A stretch of DNA of 63,979 bases, the filler included, from Octopus bimaculoides (taxonomy: Eukaryota), in assembly GCF_001194135.2 (NCBI RefSeq). It is 4 parts of 4 records of this genome, joined end to end, with 100 filler letters (N's around TTAATTAATTAA, not from the genome) between each part and the next. Parts side by side here need not be neighbours in the genome. Positions count along the whole stretch, not along the records: positions 29,451 to 59,360 come from NC_068990.1; positions 59,461 to 61,761 come from NC_068988.1; positions 61,862 to 63,979 come from NW_026369289.1; 1 more part is not named here. One strand, written 5' to 3'. Numbering within the stretch: the stretch's first letter is position 1; each line of letters opens with the position of its first letter. Positions 52,321 through 62,308 of the stretch are shown in pieces. The notes under the pieces were generated by a model. It had not been told where the DNA came from. It was given only the letters and a program-made list of their open reading frames with translations, and ran no database searches. Position numbers and translations under genes: made by a program.

Positions 52321-52324
52321 AACT

Positions 52325-52680
52325 ATGCTTTGGGAGGAGAGGATGGAGAAGGTACAAGAGAAGAAGAGAACCAAATATTAGTAGTTGCTGGAGGGCTTCT
52401 GCAAGAATGGATGGAGAATGAGATGTTTGCCTGTGGAAGTTGGTAGTCAAGGGCTTGCCATGAAGAACAATGTAGAGGCTGCTGAAAAAGCACCAAGATG
52501 ACTCTGGCTGAAAAGAGGTGATTGGTGGTGGCAGGTCTACAATTCCACCAGGACACAGGCCTAGGGTTGACCAACCTATGTTAGACTGCCTGGACGGGGG
52601 TGTTTGATGTAAGACTCAAAACACTGACTGACTCCAGAGCACAACACTGACAATGTGTCCAAACATTGAATCAGTGGGTG
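52325..52680 (+). mobile_element. HERO/R2-group non-LTR retrotransposon 3' end (RLE C-terminus + UTR)
   Basis: WEERMEKVQEKKRTKY**LLEGFCKNGWRMRCLPVEVGSQGLA fits the pattern PWEER.EEA.ERKR.KY..L.......GW......VEVG.RGF. Confidence 0.75.
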
Positions 52681-52755
52681 TTGAACAAAAAGTACATAAA
52701 CAAGATATTTACAATCATCCCATTAAAAAGAAGTAACATAGAATAAAAAAATTAC

Positions 52756-52833
52756 CTCTATTAAAATTCTTAAGAAATTTTCTCTAATGGTTAAATGAGG
52801 TAAACTCCGATCAGGTAGTGGAGCCAACCATTC
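52756..52833 (-). CDS. IWS1: IWS1 coding exon (TFIIS N-terminal domain)
   Basis: tttctag...gtaatt boundaries. EWLAPLPDRSLPHLTIRENFLRILIE. 78 bp, phase 0 to 0. Confidence 0.96.
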
Positions 52834-53206
52834 CTAGAAAAAACCCAAAAGTAAAATTAGAATATGAATAGTTGTCCATAAACTATAGTTTGCTAACATA
52901 TCACAGTATGGATAATCTAATTATCAAGCAGAAGAGTTAACTTGGATACTTGGATATCAATATAGAATAATGAATTCAAATATCATTACAATCACTTTGT
53001 TGAACATTAACTAATATTCTCTGCTTCCCTTGCTTCCAACAATTGTAATCAGCTAGAAAAATGTTTCTCAATTATGCAAATTTCCAAATTTTCGAAACAA
53101 TAATTGTTATGTAACAAGTAGTGTGTCATGTGAAAGTTTCAATTTAACACATAACAAATGCAACAACTTAAAGAATAACGCAAGAAAGAAATCCAAAAGT
53201 ACTTAC

Positions 53207-53258
53207 TGTCATAGCACTCAAAATACCACAATCAAGGAAGGCAATATGGAGATCAGTT
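53207..53258 (-). CDS. IWS1: IWS1 coding exon, most 5' one visible in this window
   Basis: atccag...gtaagt boundaries. (K)TDLHIAFLDCGILSAMT, similar to human KQDLKETFIDSGVMSAIK. 52 bp, phase 2 to 0. No further upstream exon was recognised before the linker at 59361. Confidence 0.9.
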
Positions 53259-54359
53259 CTGGATATAAAATAAATAAAATAAGTACAAAAAATTAAAATC
53301 AAATTTAGAATAGATTCTATCTGGATATTTTTTATTCTTTAATATCATCATTACTGAACTAATTACTGGCTTATAGGCTATAAGCTTATATTTCTTTTGT
53401 ATCTGCAAAATAGAGGTATTCAATTACACTGATTAAAAGCAAATCCTGACTGGCCCTATATAGAAGGAAAACAAATAAATCACATATGATTTGTATGAAG
53501 TGCAAAAGTTACAACTGACTGGGCCATTAGGATGATGGCCAGCCAGCCAGCCAACAGGTGAAAGTGGTTTTCATATTTCACCAAAAGCTCCCAACTAATT
53601 TTCTAACAAAAGGACTTTACTCTTAATGACTTATGAGACAATGGGGGAAAAATATTGTTGCTTGGACTGGAGACAAGTTAATGAAGAAGTGATGTGGTGG
53701 TGAAAGGGAGAGGACCAAGACAGATGGTATGAGTGTCAGACGTATGAGGTAAATGAAGTTCAGCATTGAAGACAGAAAGTAAATAGAGTCAGGGCCACAA
53801 ATAAGGTGAAGAGTTCAAGTAGAGACTGAAGAAAGGAGAAAGCAGAAAACAGAGAACAACTGCACCTAAGACTAAGTTAATCACAGATATGGACACATAT
53901 ACACAGAAACAGAAACGATTCTTTCAATTTACTTGAAAATATAATGCCAATCTCCACTCCCACTGATCAATCTCATACAGTACCTAGATTGTAAATTTTG
54001 CACTATGACTGAAGATTATGCACAGTGACAAGTTCCATGACTAACTCTTCAATGTCCATAACAAAACCAAGCAAGTCTTTGAAACCTATATAGCTTGTTC
54101 CTTTAACTTCTGTAGCCATTTGATAAACTACTTCTCAGTTTGCATATAATTCTAAATGTTTTGTATATAAATCTGTATACTTAGCACGAAAAGAAAAAAA
54201 AAAAGGGAAGCTGAAAGAGGTTTGCTAATATGCTAAGATTGTAGGATCAGAGGCATGAGGAATTCTGAATTGCATGGCAGTGTGTGAGAGAAAATTGCAA
54301 AGTTCCCACAGAAAATGGCACTTTACTTCTTATTAACATTGAAAAAAAAAAAAAAAAAA

Positions 54360-55640
54360 GAGACATGGAAGTGCTATTATGAGAAAAATACATAAGAGAA
54401 AGAGTCTTCCCAATGTCCCAACAGAGAGATCAGTCTATTCTATTAACCAAGGCCTATTCCCCATAGGAGGAGGTAGCCACAACAAGACACACACCAGGCA
54501 TTCCACTCATTTCCCAGCTCAAAAAGGCGAGCCCTGTGCGATACTTGGGTCAAGGCATATAATGCAACCCTCAATATCAGCAGTGGGACTCGACAGCATA
54601 TGCTGGTTCCGTACCCCTTTGAGCAACATCAATTCACTCATCTGTCCACACTCTCGTGTCTCTTACTCCAACACCTCTAACCACCAAAGCTTTCCTCACT
54701 CCATCCTTCCTCACAAACCGAAGTCTGCCTCTGGTTCTGCTGCCTACCACTTCTGCTGTCATCACCTTCCTTACCATCTGCTCCTCTTCCATCCTTTCCA
54801 TGTGGCCAAACCACCTCAACATTTGTCTATCCATTCTGGTACATAGATTTTCTCTCATTCCTACTCGCCTTCGCAGCTCCTCATTCCATCCATCTGTGTC
54901 ACACTGACCACAGCCCCAAAACATCTCATCTCAAACACATCTAGTTGCCTCCTTACCATCTCTCTCAGACCCCCACGTCTCTGCAACATATTACATTGTT
55001 GGCACAATCACTCCTTCATAGACACCTCTTTTCACTTTCATACTCAACCATACCTTTCACAACTCTAAGTATCTTACTCCCTTCCCTCACTCTATATCCT
55101 ACTTCCTCAGCCAAACCCCCATCTGCCATCACATGTGATCCCAGATACTTAAAAACACTCACCTCCTCCAACATCTCACCGTTTATACTCACATCCATCC
55201 TACCAGCCATTCCATCTCTTGAACATCTCATTACCTTACTTTTAGCTACATTCACTTTCAGTTTCCTCTTCTCACCCTCTTCCACCAGTCTCCTCAGTTA
55301 CTCTTCCGAATCCGCTACCAGTGCTGTATCATCAGCAAAAAACAACTGACTCACCTGCCATTTCTCTTCATTTTCTCCCACCATTTGGGAGAGGCATGAG
55401 GAATTCTGAATTGCATGGCAGTGTGTGAGAGAAAATTGCAAAGTTCCCACAGAAAAAAATGCTAGAACCAGAGGTTCTAGCACTCACTTCTCTCACCACA
55501 CCATCCATATATAGATTAAACAGCCATGGAGACATCACACAACACTGTCTTAACCCCCTCTTCACATCAAACCACTCACTTCATACAACAGCAACACCTG
55601 CCACATTGCATCCCTAGTTAGGTCTTCAACCAGGAAGAAG
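54360..55640 (-). mobile_element. 5'-truncated RTE LINE (second family) interrupted by a templated insertion
   Basis: GLRQCCVMSPWLFNLYMDGVVREV, VSQLFFADDTALVADSEE, KLKVNVAKSKVM, FKYLGS, LRWFGHMERM, RTRGRLRFVRKDGV. Confidence 0.9.
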
Positions 55641-56619
55641 TACTACTGATGCCATTTTCATAGAGAGACAACTGCAAGCAAAGTATTTAGCCACAATATT
55701 TGATAAGTGTTAACACTGAGAAAGCTAAGGGTAGATGAATGGCTAATGCAAGCCTTAGAAGCCATGTCTGCCACCACCATCAGCCTGCTTCAGAATTATG
55801 CACCCATTCCCCTGCTCTTCTTTTGTTCTTCACAAATCCATTCATACCTTTCCCTGTCCTGCATGTAGACACAGCTTCCACCTACATACACCTCAGTCTG
55901 GCTCACCTCCCCAAACACTGACACCTTTCACTTATACACACACAACTACATTCATCTACCATTCTGCCTGTCTCTCTCTCTCTCACACACACCTATATTA
56001 ACATTCTCATACATATGATTCTTCATCTTTGGCCATTCATCCCTTCACTTACCTATGCAGGCACACACATCAGCACATATCTACTCTTCAAATACTTACA
56101 TCTGTACACTTGCTGTCACACCTACATACATTTTTCTACACTTCAGCAATCCTGTTTTGGTTGACACTTTTGATTATTCATTCTACCTGTTACTCCTGCA
56201 TGACTGCTACTTACTTTTTAGCTTGTTAACACCCTCCTACACACATCTTCTGATGCTTCCCATCCCCTTACTTTTCGTTCTTTTCTTAAGAGAGGCCATT
56301 TTACTTCTTTCTCATTTCTGTTCATTTTCTTTCTTCTATGCAATACAGGTATAATATCTAGCTTTACGCTTTCTCTAAGTTATTTCATCTTTTTGGATTG
56401 TAGCATTTTTCTGATCACTTTTCATCATCTGCACACTCTATTGATTTCTGTGAACTGTTAACCAATTTCTTTGACATCTGTGATGTCAATTTGAGCATTT
56501 TTCTTTCATTTTGAAGTTTAGCTGAAATCACCCCGCTTGGAAAAATGTGCTTTTGTTATGAACTTGCACACACATCAATTAATAACTTTCACCCTTGCTC
56601 ATGCTATCCTATGTGCTTC

Positions 56620-56830
56620 ATCAATATCTGACAGAAACGTTAACACACCAGCTGAAATGCTTAATGGCATTTCGTCTGTCTTTACGTTCAGAGTTCAAAT
56701 TCCACTGAGGTCAACTTTGCTTTTCATCCTTTTGAGATCAATAAATTAAGTACCAGTTGCATACTAGGGTTGATCTAATCAACTGGCCCCATCTCCCAAA
56801 ATTTCAGGCCTTGTGCCTAGAGTAGAAAAG
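56620..56830 (+). mobile_element. SINE family B
   Basis: cagaaacgttaacacacc...gagttcaaattcc...ttttcatccttttgagatcaataaattaagtacc...ccttgtgcctagagtagaaaag. Confidence 0.82.
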
Positions 56831-57188
56831 AATATCTTTATTCCCACACATTTGCATATATTTTCACCTCCTCACATACATGCTTTCACATAACTCATCT
56901 GACAACTACACATACACAAACATCCCCACTAACTAATTTCACTATATTTCTATACATCTATACACTTAACTACACAAACATGCACACACCATTCCACCTT
57001 ATGCTCACTTCCAGACAGATATACATGTATCTACATGCCTGCCCCTTTCTCCCTTCTTAACTTACCTCCTCACACACAGTACAGCATTCTCACCTGATTT
57101 CCACTTTGTCATATTCCTCCTGTATCTTTTCTTCCGCCTTTTTTTATACACTGGTTATTTCTTTTTCTCACTTCTTTGCTTCTTTCCT

Positions 57189-57224
57189 TCTTCTGATGAA
57201 GGACTAATGTCTGAAACATTAAAA
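57189..57224 (+). ncRNA. Decayed Penelope-type minimal hammerhead motif
   Basis: tt-CTGATGA-a-ggac-taat-gtct-GAAACATT-aa. The ACGT palindrome is lost to ACAT, a CpG-type change. Confidence 0.5.
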
Positions 57225-57644
57225 CACTTGCTCTCCCTCCCTCTCTCTTTCACCATTGAAATGTTAAACTAATAGCATACTTTCCCTCCTAATTTTTAAA
57301 AATGTTTCTTGATTTTATGCCACTAACTCTAAGCAGAAGTGAAATGTATGGAGCATACAACTGGTTTTTCTTTTTCTGTACTCAAACATATTGTGTATAA
57401 AGACGTAATTTTCATTTTCATTATAATACAGCATTCACTAAAAATGTAAATACACATTCTATACAACGTGTACTATAAATATAAAAAAAATTGGTGCAGG
57501 CATGATTGTGTGGTTAGAGGTTCACTTTTCAGTTCAGTTCTATTGTGTAGTACTTTAGGCAAGTGTCTTCTAGCATAGCTTTGGGATAACCAAAACCTTG
57601 TGAGTGGATTTGGTAGATAGAAACTGAAGGATGCATGATGCATG

Positions 57645-57692
<48 letters not shown>

Positions 57693-58140
57693 GTATCATC
57701 ATTTTCCATGCTTACAGAGGTGGGAGGACTGCTCCAGATTCTGCTGTCTGCTTTGGCATCGATTCTATTGCTGGATACCCTTTCTTGTGCCAATCACTTT
57801 ACAGAGTGTACTGAATGCTTTTTTTATGTAGCACCAGCACTAGCAGGGTTGCTGAGTAATTTGTTAAACAAAGACCCTCAGCTGGGAGAGGGAGTGGTAC
57901 TGTGGAAGGTGATTTGTGCCAGTTGAGAGGTTAAAGTATAATAGAGGTATAGAGTGTCTTACAATAGAAGAGATACTTGGCTACTCCTTGTAGGAAGAGG
58001 AAGTTGAGATAGAGTTAGAGAGAAAGACAGACAGAGAGAAAGGTATATATATATTCCCCTCTTGTACCACTTATATTTCCCTACTTCAGTACTTTCTGGG
58101 TATGTTCTGATGCATCTCCAATATACTTCTCTCTCTCTCT

Positions 58141-58178
<38 letters not shown>

Positions 58179-58224
58179 ATCTCCTGTACAACTTATATTT
58201 CCCTTTTATATATATATATATATA

Positions 58225-58256
<32 letters not shown>

Positions 58257-58287
58257 GATATATATATATATATTTCGTATATATACG

Positions 58288-59360
58288 ATGCAAAAGCATA
58301 TAGAAGATATGAGAGAAGTTACACAGCAAGAATATGAAAAAGTAGAGAAAATTTTCAATGCACACATGGGAATGTGGTGTAACATACTCCAACCTAAGAA
58401 ACACACAGCACAGAACTTCACATCATCCAACAACGACATTCCTACACTCTATGGGTTACGAAAAGACCATAAACCCATTGCAGACCCTATCATGGGCCCC
58501 CCCATGTCGACCGATTTCTGGTGCCAATATTGCCAGCAATTAGAGGCTGTCATTCTTCCTTTCACAGATATTAAGACCACACATCGAGATGTCTCCTGAT
58601 GTTTGTGAAAGCACTGAGGACCTCCTCAGCAGAGTCAATGAATGTAACTGCTCCCATGACCTGACAGATTGTATTATAGGCAGTATGGATGTAGTATCTC
58701 CCTATCCATCCATTGACATTGACTTTGCCGTAGAGAGATGTGTGGAAATTATTTCGGAAAGTGAAGTAACCTTCCGTGAAGTGAACACAAGGGAACTAGG
58801 CCTCCTCCTAAAGCTCGTTTATAATAATGAATACTTAGATCACCACGACCTAACTAGGTTCTGCCCCACCAGGTCAGGACGAGGTAGACCACCTACGGTC
58901 ACATCAGCTGCTAGAAAAACCACCGCAGAGCGTTGGAATGGATGGAATACAACCACCCACGACCCAGAGGATAATATCCAAACACGAAAAATGGTTGCAC
59001 ATGCTGTAGGTGCAAGTCTGAAGACCACCCTGCAGAACCATATAGTTAAATTCAATGAAAAACTATACATGCAGGTCCAGGGAGCGGCTATTGGTGTCAG
59101 TGTGGCCGGAGACGTGGCAAGCCTATTCATGACCTGGTGGGACAAAAAGCTGAAAACAACTCTCGAAGAACACTCAGTAACAATCAAACTATACGGGAGA
59201 TATGTGGATGACATTAACATCGTAATCAAAACACCATCAAACATTCAGACTGAAGAGAACGAGAAGATCGTGATGGAAAACATCCAGAATATAGCTAATA
59301 CAATACACCAGAGCATCAAGGTAACAATAGATTACCCAACAAGACACCTAAACATGAGAC
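58288..59360 (+). mobile_element. Penelope-like element reverse transcriptase fragment
   Basis: PTLYGLRKDHKP, GSMDVVSPYPSID, LYMQVQGAAIGVSVAGDVASLFM, YGRYVDDI. One frameshift near 58500-58590. Cut off by the linker. Confidence 0.9.
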
Positions 59361-59460
59361 NNNNNNNNNNNNNNNNNNNNNNNNNNNNNNNNNNNNNNNN
59401 NNNNTTAATTAATTAANNNNNNNNNNNNNNNNNNNNNNNNNNNNNNNNNNNNNNNNNNNN
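59361..59460. other. Artificial scaffold-join linker
   Basis: Same 44N-TTAATTAATTAA-44N structure. Confidence 0.95.
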
Positions 59461-59680
59461 TATATGTTTGTGTGTCTGTGTTTGTCTCCCCAACATCGCT
59501 TGACAACCGATGGTGGTGTGTTTACGTCCCCGTAACTTAGCGGTTCGGCAAAATAGACCGATAGAATAAGTACTAGGCTTATAAAGAATAAGTCCTGGTG
59601 TTGATTTTCTCGACTAAAGGCGGTGCTCTAGCATGGCCACAGTCAAATGACTGAAACAAGTAAAAAAGTAAAAGAGTAAG
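59461..59680 (+). mobile_element. SINE family A, 3' half (young)
   Basis: caacatcgcttgacaaccgatgg...cccgtaacttagcggttcggc...ggcggtgctctagcatggcc. CpGs retained. Confidence 0.85.
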
Positions 59681-59699
59681 AGTATACACATATATGCAT

Positions 59700-59790
<91 letters not shown>

Positions 59791-60704
59791 GAGGTGGGAG
59801 AGACAAACCGAGACAGACGGAGAGTGGGGAGAGATTTAAGAGCTGTAAAGTACATTAAAACGTATTTTACACAGTGGAAACATTATGAAATATAGAACTC
59901 AATTCATCACTTTATATCTGAGTTGTTGAACAATGCTGTTCGTAGAAACTGATTTGTAAGAAGGTCAGTCATTGGTATATTGCTTTTGTGGCGGCCACAG
60001 TGACAAGGGAGCATTTGTACCTTATTACAGACTCAGTTTCTACGAAGGAAATATTCTAAGAAAATTAAGAATGTATTGTGTATGGTATTTAGTACATACC
60101 CCACAGATTTCATAATCTAAATACATGATACTGTTCCCTTTTAGTTATTTTCATTTTAATTATGCAAATGGCCCTTGGCCTAGAGTGTTTTTAACTCTTT
60201 TACTATATATCATACGTCTCTATCTGCTTCTAAAGCGAAAAGGACAATACTATGCTGATGAGATCTAGTGAGGCAGAAACATGAGTCTGTAGCAAATTAG
60301 TTATCCTAATTATTCTAATTATTAATACTCGGCCTTATGTAAATGAATTAATCGACTCACAATCTTGTTTTACATTTTAAGTGTGTCGTTTCTACATTCT
60401 ACTTACTTTCATCAGTTTGCAAAGCAGAATTAAGCTATCACTGACGAGTTTTAATGAAGACGAAGCTAATTGCTCCCATTCTCATTCGTTGCCGTCAAAT
60501 TCTCTTAGGTCTGATATCACAACAAGACTAAATATACTTTTATCAAACATATGATCACTGTATGAATTTCTATTCATAAACACACGGCATAGATACTTTA
60601 ATTATTAGTGTCCTGCTTGCATAGAACTAAGTTAATTCATGTTTGTTAGTAGTTTTATAATACTTCACTTCCAGATTATATCTTTCCCATTTTTCATCTA
60701 CAAC

Positions 60705-61079
60705 CACTGGTTCTCAACCATTTTTTACCTGTGGACCCCTTTGATTACTATTTTATTCTAGTAGACTCTCATAGGTATTTGATGCTTTAAAAAAAACACT
60801 GGTTTTATAGATACTTCTTTCAAAATTCCTATTTTGCTTTTCACACATTCACTTTTGTAGGTTTGCAACAGTATTCAGTGAGAGAACATGATTCAGTGAC
60901 CACAAACTTGTTAAACTATGTGAAACGTTAGAGAGAGAAACTTAACTATTCTTACAATAAATACGTCTAAACCAAAATTGCTTTCATAGACCCTTGAAAT
61001 ATAAATGCTAATCCCCAATTTACTATTTTGTTTGGGTGGACCCCCAGGGCATCGTATGAACCTCGGTTGAGAACCACTG
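60705..61079. mobile_element. hAT (Charlie-like) MITE
   Basis: TIRs ca(c/g)tggttctcaacc / ggttgagaaccactg. No clean 8-bp TSD. Confidence 0.75.
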
Positions 61080-61096
61080 ATCCAAACATAGAGGTC

Positions 61097-61170
61097 AATA
61101 TTTAACGGAAACATTTTCCCACAAACAAGTCTCACAAGATCTTCAACAAGAATACTGTTAAGGTCATCCG
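61097..61170 (+). mobile_element. Short Penelope-like coding fragment
   Basis: RKHFPTNKSHKIFNKNTVKV resembles the PLE motif KHFP....LHKIFNRNTVKVSYSC. Confidence 0.6.
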
Positions 61171-61693
61171 TGTATCATACTTAATGTACATACATTGAGG
61201 ATATTGTCGATAGACCACTTACCGCGTAATGGGTCAGAACCTAACACCATATTGTTGGAAAACAAACTTCTTAACCACACAGCCACAGATAACAACAAAT
61301 TCAAAAGTGAAGCAAAACCCGGCGCCATTGCCAGAAAGGACAGTGTTCTACATTGTTACTTAATTGCACCAAATCACACAGATGTTCAAACGCTCTCACT
61401 TTTTCACGCTTCCGCTCTCTTTCTTTCGTTCCCACTCACTCTATCTCTCTTATTCTCTTTTCCCTTCTTCGATACTCTACTTAGCTTTTGAGCGGATGTA
61501 CCAGTCCGGCAGAAGTCGGAAAAAACGTCCGAAAAGACGTCATATCCTGCGAACAATTCAAATTTGCACCACCAACAGGATACCAACACTTCTTAAACAA
61601 TTACATTCGAGGAATTCTGTATATGTCAGCTTTCAAGGTTCGATTCCATTGTCAATTCCACTATCGATTCCTCTGTCGATTTACACCAATACA

Positions 61694-61761
<68 letters not shown>

Positions 61762-61861
61762 NNNNNNNNNNNNNNNNNNNNNNNNNNNNNNNNNNNNNNN
61801 NNNNNTTAATTAATTAANNNNNNNNNNNNNNNNNNNNNNNNNNNNNNNNNNNNNNNNNNNN
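61762..61861. other. Artificial scaffold-join linker
   Basis: Same 44N-TTAATTAATTAA-44N structure. Confidence 0.95.
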
Positions 61862-62221
61862 AACTGCTCTATGCTCATTGCTATCAAAATCCCTCTCCTA
61901 CATGTCTTACATTTTACTCCAGCTCTAAACCTTAAGGCAATCACTCTCTACTGTCTTTTATTGCACAAACCTCATGATTTTATATAGTTTATATTATTAT
62001 AATATTATAACATTGTTACTCTCCCGGTAATACAGTTTCGGTCTGTGTTTTCGCTGATAAGTTTTCCCTTCGTTTTTATTTTCACTAACAAATGTTTTGA
62101 TTTATGGCACTTGTATTGCTGAGAAAGATATAAATATGATATTTTCATATGCTACTAGATTTCTAGGGTATCCCACTTGATGTCTACTTAAAAATAAAAT
62201 TCTATTTTCTTTATATTAAAG

Positions 62222-62308
62222 CCCTATGTGATATCACCAAAGGAGATTGCGTCGCAGATGACAAGAGGAAACAACATTATTGCAACAGTACTTGCTTCAG
62301 AACACCTG
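62222..62308 (+). CDS. Candidate internal exon of an unidentified gene
   Basis: ttttctttatattaaag|87 bp|gtaagt (consensus donor). Length is a multiple of 3 and two frames are open: phase 1 LCDITKGDCVADDKRKQHYCNSTCFRTP, or phase 0 PYVISPKEIASQMTRGNNIIATVLASEHL. Confidence 0.5.

Noticed and set aside
52560-52680. Possible hammerhead in the HERO 3' UTR
   Set aside because: Both core motifs are degenerate here (AAAAC, CTGACAA) and I could not form the stems.
56230-56520. Lys/Glu/Ser-rich minus-strand reading as a possible upstream IWS1 exon
   Set aside because: It has in-frame stops, no matching splice phase and no IWS1 similarity; more likely a decayed transposon.
60395-60510. Minus-strand AG...GTAAGT segment as a possible IWS1 exon
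   Set aside because: All three frames contain stops, and it lies beyond a linker.
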